Below, in pieces: positions 1-11,173 of a stretch of 64,000 bases of DNA. This DNA comes from Ostrea edulis (Eukaryota), in the NCBI RefSeq assembly GCF_947568905.1, contig NC_079167.1, positions 33,294,001 through 33,358,000 of the forward strand. Direction: 5' to 3'. The notes beneath the pieces are model-generated. The model was not told where the DNA came from, ran no database searches, and saw only the letters and a program-made list of their open reading frames with translations. The translations under genes were made by a program, and so were the position numbers. Positions within the stretch are counted from its first letter, which is position 1. The number at the start of each line of letters is the position of its first letter.

Positions 1-114
1 TAAGTTTAAATGTCATAACAAAAGCAATGGTGCTGCTTTTCTTGTTCTTGTGGTAGAGCATCCTTACCCATTTGAAATGATAAACTGTTTAATTCATATT
101 AATTTATAATAGTA

Positions 115-480
115 CACGTGTTTGGCTGTCAAGTGAAGAGAGGGAAGTTTGGAAGGACACCAAGGTCGGCCATACCTCAGATTTAAGGACGTCTGCAAGC
201 GAGACATGAAGGCCTGCCATATTAAGCCAGAGTCCTGGGAAGCTGTTAGTCTGGAAACAGACTGTATCAGTTGGTCTCAAAGAGGGAGAGATTGTGATGC
301 GGCAGCTTAACTGCAAGAAAGCCAGCCATCAAGAACCGAGATTACGGATGCAGAGACGCCTGTCTTCTCATGTCTGGCCTGTGGGGGAGGGGTTCAGGGC
401 GAGGATTGGACTCTACAGCCACAGAAGACGATGTTTATCTTCTCAGAGCGCTAACCTAGTCTTTAAGACTGAAGGATGCC
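115..480 (+). mobile_element. RTE-clade LINE, 3' terminal fragment (decayed)
   Basis: Translates to GRPYLRFKDVCKRDMKACHIKPESWEAV and ...GEGFRARIGLYSHRRRC, typical of the RTE ORF C-terminus and its terminal Zn-knuckle; the frame is broken. Confidence 0.75.
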
Positions 481-662
481 ATGTTTTACATGTGTTTAGT
501 GTTTTTAATTTAGTGATAAATAATTTCACTGAACACAAGTACTTATAAAAATTAGACATTTTATTATTCCAAAAGGGTAAGGGTGATATATACCAAATTC
601 TTGGACAATTAAAGTATAGTTTTCTTCCTACAAGATACTTTCATTAAAATGCACTGTCTCAC

Positions 663-2608
663 TTTTCCTGGGATATTGGTAGACAAGCCAAAGTACGTTC
701 TATCAGCTTATCAACATTTACCTGTTCAACTGTTGTACTAGAGCAGAGAAGGGGTTCAATTCCGACTAGATTGATCTAGTACTTCTGCAGGTAGCGCTGG
801 GGGTACTTACTGATTTCAGTGGAGGATGATCTAGCTGGGGACAGTTTACGCCAGATAAGTCAAATCCATCTTCTAATCTCCTCACATCAAAATAGTATTT
901 CCTAGACAAACATGCAATATATAATCAGAATATATATATTACAGGTGACTCTCGATAACTAGAAGTTCAAGGGACCTTGATAAAACTTTGAGAAATCAAG
1001 AGTTCGAGAGATCGAAATTTGGAAATTGAAGGTCCGCCGGTATGGTTCAGATTTTACAGTAACCGAAAATGTATACCAACAAGATCATATGATATCGTTT
1101 TGACATGTTTCCCTTCATATTCGTCAGGTACTTTGATATCAAAATAAAAAACCTTACTTTTCAAAACATTTCAAAGTTTATGCATTTATTTGTTCTTTAA
1201 TCATGCTTAGATAGGCATACAAAACCAAGTTCCAATGACGCTTTACTATCGCAAACTATACAGAGCACAATGTTATGTTGCTTTACCCAAAGCAGAAATT
1301 CTAATGAATGAGAAAAACGATGTTTTAGAGTAACTTTACACAAAGAACAAACGCGAGAAATTTAACAGTCTGTAAAATCTCTAAATTATGTATAAAACTT
1401 ACTCTCTCGTTGTGACGTCAAAACAAAGTATAGATTTTACTCATAGTTGGATTATATATAAATTTAATCATCACGACACAAAACCCCAGTGCAAGGTGTA
1501 AACTGACCAATTAGCCAATTGTATACTCAAGTGTGTCACCTCCACAAAGAAGCACCGGCAATGTTTCACCTATGTAAACACCTAATTACCCCTCCGGCAT
1601 TCAACAAAATCCAGGTAAGACCCGAGCGGAAATTATTACATGTTTGGGTAACGGTGGGTATACGCTACCACCACTTCGAGAGATCGAGAGTGAAAAACAA
1701 TTAAATGTGTTTTATGGGACCCAACTTCACTTTGAGAGATCGAGAACTTCGAGAGATCGAACGTTCGAGAGATTGATAGTAAATTTGCTTTGTTATATAA
1801 AGAGAAAAATCGGGACCATGATTTCACTTCGAGAGATCAAAGCCATCGAGAGTCACCTGTACATATATTTCTACCTTTCATATTATGGAATGTGTTATGT
1901 TCACAAATTCTTTCTCATAAAATCTACACATGCAAGCTTTAAATAAATCAAACTATGCTTGATGATTTTCTTTGGGACCAACATCCACGTAAAAATATAA
2001 CTACAAGTGTGTATAATTAATATTCAACGTCCACATAAAAATATATAACTACAAGAGTGTATAATTAATATTCAACGTCCACGTAAAATATAACTACAAG
2101 TATAACTAATTTTCAATGTCCACATAAAAATATAACTAAAAGTATGTATAACTAATATTCAATGTCCACGTAAAAATATAACTAAAAGTGTGTATTACTA
2201 ATATTCAACGTCCACATAAAAATATAACTACAAGTGTGTATAACTAATATTTGTGTTCAGATCACCTTTATCAACTTTTCTTCCACATCAATGGTTTAAT
2301 AAAGTATTTTTACTGTTTAAATACATGTAGTACTTGTTTATATATTGCTATATGATATAAAGTAAGCAATTAAATTGGCCAGTTATATCAACCTATGATT
2401 TAGTTGGCCATGTCTGCACTGATTTGACATAATATATCAGAATTTTGTGGAATTTATAGAAATATTCAGTGCGACATTAGACTTTGTAACCTTTCTGTGA
2501 TCTTTTACTTCACTAACTTTTAGCATGAGAACGAAGACTAGCAGACATTGTGAACATTTCAACTTACAGTTTCTTGGCAACACATTTAACCACGGCCTCC
2601 GACGACAT
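663..2608 (-). CDS. 5' part of an unidentified spliced gene: exons 2608-2568, 901-811, 721-663; probably continues toward or beyond the left window edge
   Basis: ATG at 2608 in accATG context with an in-frame upstream stop. Donor CT|GTAAGT (phase 2) joins acceptor tctag|G; donor TCA|GTAAGT (phase 0) joins acceptor aacag|GTA; donor AA|GTGAGA follows. Product: MSSEAVVKCVAKKLKYYFDVRRLEDGFDLSGVNCPQLDHPPLKSVNVDKLIERTLACLPISQE. Family not recognised. Confidence 0.55.
942..1859. mobile_element. Non-autonomous Tc1/mariner(pogo)-type TIR element (MITE), 918 bp
   Basis: Perfect 15-bp TIR CAGGTGACTCTCGAT...ATCGAGAGTCACCTG, flanked by TA at 940-941 and 1860-1861; internal ttcgagagatc sub-repeats; no transposase ORF. 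Confidence 0.85.
1984..2251. repeat. ~46-bp minisatellite, ~6 copies
   Basis: Unit tccacgtaaaaatataactacaagtgtgtataattaatattcaacg repeated with variants. Confidence 0.85.
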
Positions 2609-3239
2609 GGTGTAAAAATATGGAGTCCACACAAATCCAAATCAATGTTATTAAATAAAGAAATTCATCTTCTTTCACATGTTGGAGAACGACGGATTAC
2701 TCCAAACATATAAACAAATTCTTCCGCTAACGGGTACCTGTCGATATAGTCCAGGATAATCATTAGAAATTTCTATTTATATCATTGTAGCTTTTCTAAT
2801 ATAAATGACAAGAAATTGTTTTAAATGTATTTTACTTCGCATTTTTATTTAAATCCTAGAGGTCAACTGGCAATAATTATATATTTCTCTAATTGTTTTG
2901 GTTACTAAGATGAACAACATTTTACTACGCGAAACAAGGGCAATAACTGTATTAAGTTGAATTGGAGATATCACGACTAGGCCCTGTTCTATGAGTGATG
3001 TCTGCAAAATAGTTAAATAGATAAATAAATAATGAATTAATAATTTGACATAACTATCTACTCTTAATTCTTAATGTACTTTTTTTTAAAAACATCAAGG
3101 ACTGCCTAAATAATAGATACCAAAGAATCGAAACCCATTGTAAAGTACTAGCTATATATATATGTAACCCTGTCAATGCAGTTTATGCTAGAAGGTTATT
3201 TACTAAATTTCACACATGCAGTTTGACGTCACATGTAGG

Positions 3240-4045
3240 CCTACTTGTAGATGATATTTTGAATCAATCATTTGTTATTGGTACAGGCTTAAAATCAAAA
3301 TGAATTTAAACTACTTGAGGATTCTTATCTATGTATAGTAAATTTTTACATTTCAACAACAAACTGTCATGGTACTCACTAGTAGAAAAAGCTTTAGAAT
3401 ATGTTAAAATTGGATATCCGTTAAGAGATTCTAGTCAGTATAAATTTAAGAAAATTGTGAATAAATTACTCTGTGATAAATACACTGAAACCTGGTATAA
3501 TAATCGAAATAAATTAATTGATTGATGGGAAACTGTGCACTTATTTCAAACTAAGGAGCACCTTGGTTTTGAGAACTATCTTAATAAAGTTAAAAAATTT
3601 GATATTAGAAGATCTATTTGTAAGTTACGGATATCAGCTCATAAATTAATGATTGAAGTTGGTAGATATTCTGGTATTACTAGGAGTGAACGAATATGTA
3701 ACAAATGCAACTCCGGTTCATTAGGTGATGAGATTCATTTTTTGATTAAATGTGAAAATTTTGTTGATGAAAGAAAGTCTTTTTGTGGTGCAATAGAAAA
3801 AACAGTTAATTTTTTTTTTTTTTACTAAACTCAATGATGAACATTCATTTACATACTATGTTCTGAAGAGCCATCTATTCTAAATATAACTGGAAAACTT
3901 ATTTTGAACAATATATGACACTGTATTTGTATATAAATATGTTATGTAATCACATTTATCGTTACTTGTATATGTATATGTGCATTATTTGTATGTATTT
4001 TCATGCTGCCCCTTGAGGGCCCTTGATTGGAAAATAAAATGTTCT
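3240..4045 (+). mobile_element. Non-LTR retrotransposon 3' end (RTE-X/CR1-like ORF2 C-terminus), decayed
   Basis: ORF 3535-3828 contains ENYL...CKLRISAHKLMIEVGRY...ERICNKC...GDEIHFLIKC, a C-terminal CCHC module of this LINE type. Confidence 0.75.
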
Positions 4046-4916
4046 TTGTTCTATAGACTGATTACTACCCCTACATTTTTGAGGATTACCATACTCCCTA
4101 CCTTTTCAAACTGATGGATGGATCCCCCCCCCCCCCTCCAACCAACCAACACAAATTTTGAAGTTTTGGCAGCAATTTAAGCGAATATCTTGCGGAACTT
4201 TGTTTTTCTTTTCTTTCGTGTTTTTTTTTTTTTCTCCCTTGACTGACCCTGTTCGTAAAGTTCGGTTTATTTGAATAATCAGTATTGTTATACAGGTCAG
4301 AAATAATTGTAACAATGATAAATTAAGTAGATCTTATGATATTGAAATTTCTCAATGCTAAAAATCCTTCAAGGGTAAACCATTACACTAGAAATCGTGT
4401 GATTTTTTTTATTATGTTTTTAATAAGATTAATTACACGAGGGTTAGCGCTAGGGTTAGGATTTAATTACCGGTACTGAGTATTCACAACACTTCTCTGG
4501 TGGCCACCCCTGTACAGTTTGGCATTGTTTACAGTGTCATTAAATATCGTTATATTTAAATTCCAATACTGAAATATTGAAGTGTAGTTTGGTTTATTGA
4601 ACACTAAGCTATTCATGTTGACGTCACAATGGCAATTCAATTGATAACAAAAATTAAACATTTCGTGTTGTACAAAAAAGATTTGCGGTTCCAAGTAAAC
4701 ATACATGTAAATATGTACCTGATCGACTATAACCCCCCCCCCCCCCACGAAATAGCCAAAATCACCACGCAATATATGCTAAAATCTTACTACCCAAACC
4801 CTGCAATAGTGGATCAGCAAAGGCCCTTTGGGGGTCCCATATTATCCCCACTTGCCCCAAACATTATTTTGCTTCTGACGCCAATGTATGTACATTGATG
4901 AATAGAATGATCGTGG

Positions 4917-7900
4917 TTCTTCTTGACTTGACTTCGCAGACGAAGATTTTACGAAGGGGGGTTGTACACGCCGATTGCAGACTCGCTGGTGGCTGACAAG
5001 ACCAATGCGGGGAAAACAGATTCGGCCGCAGCCATAGGTCTGGTCCGCCTGGTGTAGCTGCTGTTCTATTCTTCCTCCTGCATGCAGCGTTTCTCTCTCA
5101 TGATCTTACTGCGTGAGTCCTCAAAGGAGGAGACAGTGTGGTGCCACGTGACTCGGTCAGCAGCAGGAGTAGGCCACTTGTGGTGGTCAATATTGTAGGA
5201 ACCAAGGGATTTCATCAAGGAGTCTTTATAACGTTTCTTCGGTGCTCCTCTGTACCGGTGGCCAGTGGGGAGTTCGTCGTAAAGGACTATCTTTGGCAGT
5301 CGGTGGTCCTCAATACTGGACACGTGCCCTGCCCAACTTATAGCTGCGACTTCATCAACATGCCTCGATGCTGGTGATCTCAGTATGTCCGAGAACCTCG
5401 ACAATGGTCACATAGTCGTTCCATGAGATTTTGAGGATGGTGCGGAGACAGCGCTGATGGAAGCGCTCCAGTAGTCGTAGATGGTGGCGATAGATGACCC
5501 ACGACTCAAAGCCGTACTGGAGTATGGTAAGTATTACGGTTTTGTAGACGCTAATCTTGGTGCTCTGCTTCAGGTGCTTGTTGTTCCAAACTCTTTTGTG
5601 TAGCCTGCCGAGGGCGCTGTTTGCTTTTGCCAGTCTGTTGTCAATTTCCTTGTCAATCTTGGCGTCTGATGTGATAGTACTCCCCAGGTACGTGAACCGG
5701 TGAACTGTCTTTAGCTCAGTCTCGCCAATGAGGATGTGCGGAGTGCAGTACACTTCATGGTGCACACTGGTGGAGGACTTCCGTCTTTTTCAGACTAATC
5801 TCAAGTCTGAAAAGCTTGGCGGTCTCTGCAAAGCAAGACCTTAGATGCTGCAAGGCTCTTTCGGAATGGGCTACGAGGGCAGCGTCGTCGGCAAAGAGGA
5901 GGTCTCTTATCATCTATTCAAGAGTCTTTGTGTGGACCTGCCATCAAGGCGGTAGTGGATGTAAACTGCGTCATCATCGTTGTTGAATTTTTTGTGGCTT
6001 GCTTAAGCATCATAATGAAGAAGATGCTGAACAAAGTCGGTGCCAGGACACATCCCTGTTTCACGCCGTTGATGATGGGGGGGGGGGGGGGGATTCGGAG
6101 AGGTCATTATGCAGTCTGTCCTGGCCATACTGGTCTTCATGCAGTTGGGTTACCATGCAAAGAAACTTTGGGGAACAGCCGGGGTGTCCCATGATCAGCC
6201 ATAGTCCCTTTCTGCTCACCGTATCGAACGCTTTGGTCAGGTCAACAAACGTTACATATAGTCCTTTGTTTTGTTCCCAGTACTTCTCTTGTAGCTGCCT
6301 GAGGACAAAGACCATGTCTGTTGTGCCTCTTTTTGCTTTGAAACCACATTGGGTTTGAGGCAGATGGTCTTCTGCGATGGTAGGTATCAACCTGTTCGGG
6401 AGCACTCGAGCAAGGATTTTTCCTGCGATTGATAGAAGAGTGATCCCTCGGTAGTTGGAGCAATTTGACTTTTCACCTTTATTTTTGTACAAGGTTACGA
6501 TGATTGCGTCACGTAGGTCTCTTGGAAGTTTGCTCTGCTCCCAACAACAGACAAGGAGTTCGTGGAGTTTGTTGTGTAATGCTTGGCCTCTGCCTTTCCA
6601 GATCTCCGCTGGAATTCCACCAACTCCTGCTGCCTTGTGACTCTTTAACTGCCCTATGGCTTTGATGAGTTCTTCCATAGAAGGTGGTTCATTCAGTTCT
6701 ACCTTGACTGGTAGCTTTGGGGTGTGGAGAATTGCCGAGTCCTGAACAACTCTGTCAGCACTGAAGAGGGCCTGGAAGTGCTCAGACCAACGACACAGGA
6801 TGGATGATTTGTCTGTGAGGAAAGCCTGGCCATCCACACTGCGCAGGGGACTCTGGGTCTGATGTGTAAGACCGTACAGTGCCTTGAGGTCTTCATAGAA
6901 TCCTCTGTAGCCGACAGTGTCTGAGCTTTTGCTGTGTTCTTTCCACAAGGTTGGTCCACCATTTGTTCTGGGTGTCTCGAAGCTTTTGCTGGAATTTGCT
7001 ACAAACACGACGGAAGGCGTTTTTTTTTTCACATGGCAAGACGGCTGAGCCATGTGAGCTTGGTAGGCTGATCTCTTCTTTACCAGCAATTCTTGAATCT
7101 CTTGACTGTTCTCGTCGAATCAGTCTCTGCTCTTCTCCGAGGTATACCCCAGAACTTCTTTGGATGTTTGCAGGATAGCAGTTTTCAGTTTATCCCAGAG
7201 TGTTTCAGGAGAGTGATCTTCAGGACAGATGTCATTTTCAAGTTTGGTCAGTAGGGCTACCTGGAAGACAGCTTTCACTTCTTCAGATTGGAGTTCGCTG
7301 AGTCTGAATGGTTTTTTTTTGGGGGGGGGGGCTTTCCTTCTTGGTTTGGGTTTGAAGTGCAACCTGAGTTTACAGCGCACTAGACGATGGTCGGTATGAC
7401 ATTCTGCGCTGGACTTCACTCTGGTGTGCAGAACATCTCTGAGTTGGCGCACTAGAACATAATCAATGAGGTGCCAGTGTTTACACCGAGGATGCATCCA
7501 GGCTGTCTTCAGATAGTCCTTTTGCTGAAAGATGGTGTTAGTGATGATCAGTTGCTGCTCAGTGCACAACTCCAGTAGCATACGCCCATTGTCGTTGCAG
7601 TTTCCAACGTCGTGTTTGCCAAGTACTCCTTTCCAAGCAGTTGCATCTTGGCCCACTCGGGAGTTAAAGTCGCAAAGGATTATCAACTTATCATCTGTAG
7701 GGGTGCTTTGGAGAAGGCTGCGGAGCGCTGAGTAGAACTTGTCTTTTTCTGCAGGCTCAACTTGAAGAGTTGGGGCGTATACACTAAAGAGTGTGGCATA
7801 CTGCTTATTCTTCAGAGGGAGACGCATGAACATGACACAGTCAGAATGACCGGTTGGCAGGTTTTCCAGCTCGGAGACAATGGATGTTCTGATCATGAAA

Positions 7901-8445
7901 CCGACACCTGCAAGATGCTTTTCTGTTGCTAGTTTCCCTGACCAAAACATGCTGTATCCAGCGCTGTGCTCCTGAAGAATACCCTCCTCCGGAAAGGTTG
8001 CCTCACTAAGGGCAGCAATGTCAACATCTAACCTGGACAGTTCAGGTGCGACCAGAGCAGAGCGGCGTTCGGCTCTGTTGTCATTTTTGTCAAGCATGGT
8101 TCTAATGTTTCAACATGCGAGTTTCAGCGCTTTAGCACCTTTACAGGTGGGTGCGTACCTTTCTTTCGTTGTAGTTGTTCGACCGTTTATAAAGATACCC
8201 GTTGACCGCGGCAAGCCAACTGGGGGAATGTGAGACAAGCTTTGTTTAGGCCACCTTTTCTAGGTCCCTCTCCGTACGGAGCAAGCAGTGTTGTCCTTAA
8301 ATAGGGCTACTTGGTCGTTCAGAGTGCTGCCGAATGATACTGTCGTCTCTGGGGCTACCAATATCCTGAACTGCCTGCATGCAGGATTGGAACTGCGACT
8401 TCCAGTGACATCTTCCACCTGCCGTTTTCGCCCCTTTCCCATCGC
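4917..8445 (-). mobile_element. Near full-length RTE (BovB-like) LINE with frameshifts: 5'UTR, APE endonuclease, RT, C-terminal Zn-knuckle
   Basis: APE motifs in ORF 7120-8097 (DIAALSE, SVYAPT, LCDFNSRVG, HWHLIDYVL, TDHRLV). RT motifs in 6061-7089 (NYRGITLLSIAGKILA, QCGF, FVDLTKAFDTV). GVKQGCV and LFADD are frameshifted around 5880-6070. CGRICFPRIGLVSHQRVC near 4980-5030, then a short aagtcaagtcaagaagaa tail. Confidence 0.93.
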
Positions 8446-8529
8446 AACAAGACTAAATCAAAACTGATGGCCGTAGTGAACGTGTCCTTTGTGCCTGCGC
8501 ACGGTTATACACAAACATATCACAATAGC

Positions 8530-8935
8530 GTAGGTGTGTTGTAACAGTGGGTATGCTATAAAATGGGTATGCTATAACAGTGCGCATATTATAACAGCGG
8601 GCATACTATAGCAGTGGAGATGCTATAATATAGGATGCTATTGAGAGTGGGCGCGCTATAACAGTGTAACATTGGTATGCTAAAACAGTGGGCGTGTTGT
8701 GAGAGTGCAGTAGGTGTGCTATGACAGTGGGTATGTGTATATCATATAACACGGGCATGCTGTAACAACGAGCACGCTATATCATGGATATACTATATAA
8801 CATGAGGATGTTATAATAGTGGGCCTTCTATGATAGTGGGAGTGCAGTGGGCATGCTATATCACATACGCATGCCTTAAGAAACATGGACTCGCATATGC
8901 ATGCTATAACAGTGGGCGATCTATAACGACGGGCA
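8530..8935. repeat. Degenerate ~19-20 bp tandem repeat
   Basis: Recurrent gtgggtatgctataaca-like units. Confidence 0.6.
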
Positions 8936-8969
8936 GACTACAACTGTGGACGTATTGTTGAACAGTGGA

Positions 8970-10270
8970 ATGCAAGGTGAAGATAACGAACAGTGATCAA
9001 TCTCATAACTCCTACAAGCAATACAAAATAGATAGTTGGGCAAACACGGACCCCTGGACACACCAGAGGTGGGATCAGGTGTCTAGGAGGAGTAAACATC
9101 CCCTGTTGACCGGTCACACCCGCCGTGAGCCCCATATCCTGATCAGGTAAACGGAGTTATCTGCAGTCAAAATCAGTGTGCCAAGAACGGCTTAACAATC
9201 GGTATGAAACACGTCAGACAGCATTTGACCCAATGAGAGGTTGTATTGACGAACTAGATCGTTATAACGACCATAGAATTTGCGAAATGCTGACTTCAAT
9301 CGAGACTGTTGAAATCCCTGTACCATCAACTTGTTTGTCAGTAGCTTACCTCGATTTAAAAACTGACTATACCCAGAACAAGCTCTTGCATATCGAATCA
9401 GTTGAGATATATAAACACCATATGCAGGTGATAATGGAATGTTGCTACATAAATGTGGGAAGTTGACGATGGAGAAGCTGAAATCATCCCGTTTGTCATA
9501 CAGTTGAGTTGTCAGTTTGCCGTTAATGTCTACTTTCAATAAAATATCTAAGTATGAAGCAGAAGTGGACGACTCTGTGGTGTCCTTTATTTCGAGCTCA
9601 CAGGGATATATCAAATCGACATATGAATGAAAGCTATCATTGTTAATAGACAAAACGTCATCGATATATCTAAAAGTCGAATTGAAGGTCACAGCGAGAG
9701 ATTTTTTCTTCTCACGTACAAGTTTTTGAATAAATTCTGCTTCATATGAATATAGAAACAGGTCAGCTAACAAAGGAGCACAATTCGTGCCCATGGGAAT
9801 TCCAACATACTGTTGGAAAACCTGATCACCAAAGACCACGAAGATATTGTCAATGAGGAATTCTAGCATATTTTTTATTTCAACTTCAGAGTACTTGTGC
9901 GTGGAATCAGAGTGGTGTTTAACAAAGTAAGTTTTTGAATGAATGATCACTAGATATGAATATTTCCGTTTTCCGTTTTTGTTGAAGAAGCAACTGTCTA
10001 TGATGTCAAAAAGTCTAGTCTTTAATTTATCGTGAGGAATGGTCGTGTATAGTGTTGAAAAGTCATAGGTTTTAATGCTATTGATTTGGGAAAAATTCTG
10101 TGATTTCAAGTTTACTAAAAGTTCTTTAGAATTTTTTAGAATCCACATTTGATTAACACCACTTCTGGCATATGTAGTCGCACAGTAAGTTTGAAGTTTC
10201 TCCTTCACAGCTGTTAACATTTTCGTGAGGAGCAAAGATAGGGGCTTGGTAGAGCACTTACTGAATCTAG
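8970..10270 (-). mobile_element. Penelope-like element (Naiad-type), 5'-truncated copy 1: RT C-terminal part plus 3'UTR
   Basis: ORF 9192-10304: KCSTKPLS, TYDFSTLYTTIPH, GIPMGTNCAPLLADLFL, FRYIDDVL. The ORF ends after the RT thumb with no C-terminal GIY-YIG. Highly similar to 41700-43005. Confidence 0.85.
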
Positions 10271-10337
10271 CACGATAGAGGCGATGAATAAGACCAATCT
10301 GCACTCAACGGGGGATGGGGGCCTGTCAAGAAAGCAT

Positions 10338-10339
<2 letters not shown>

Positions 10340-10389
<50 letters not shown>
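10340..10389. repeat. (AG)25 microsatellite
   Basis: Direct reading. Confidence 0.95.
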
Positions 10390-10391
<2 letters not shown>

Positions 10392-11106
10392 TTTCTCTGT
10401 CCACCCTGCCCCATATTAGTTTAAACAATTATTATTCAATGCTCTATGACAATATGTAACTGCAAAATACAATAACACCAGATATTGGAAAGCAACCCAT
10501 ATTGTATATCGCATATAAAAACTGAAAAGTGAATTCTGATTCTCACTAACCAACTAATAATTCTTAGTATTACTTGTTGAAATCAGTTTTGTTAGCGATC
10601 GAATTTCTTTTTTCTTTTTTCCCCCTGTTATTTTGTTTGTTTGTTTAGTGTTTGCTTGTTATGTGATTAATGTGCTGTGTGGAAAAATATCGGATATATC
10701 AAAATATATTATAATCGAAGGAACAGGAAATAAATTCAAAATGTAAAGAAAAGAAAAAGAAATATTTTTGTGATATCTGAAAACAGGTCGGGTTCGAATC
10801 GATATAGCAGTCGGGATCGATTATTAAAATACGTGCGAAAAAATAGTTCGCATTGCGCTGTAAGGTTTTTCCCCCCTGATATAGTTCAACTATTAAAAAA
10901 GTAAAACAAATGACTGATTTCGATGTGACTTTTGTTCCCCAAATATACACTGAAAATAAATGTTGTCCAGAAAATTGCAACGCACTATTTTCTTTCGCGA
11001 TTAATTTGCATAAAAAATCATAATGAAAACAACAATGGAGGATGTGAAGCAGACGGGTTAATAATGTTTTTAAAGCATTGAAGCTGTTTTTTGTGCAACG
11101 TAAGCC

Positions 11107-11173
11107 ATGGAATTGGCAAAATCAGTATTTGGTTCAAGAAATCCAGACGGATACAGCAGCAAAGCTGCAGCAG
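11107..11173 (+). CDS. SGSM3: SGSM3 coding exon 1
   Basis: gccATGg start; [22 protein letters not shown]; phase-1 donor G|GTGCGT is compatible with the next exon. Confidence 0.75.

Noticed and set aside
9176-9466. Conserved antisense ORF (CQERLNNRYETRQ..., also at 42503-42799)
   Set aside because: It is shared only because the two PLE copies are near-identical; it is an antisense shadow of the RT.
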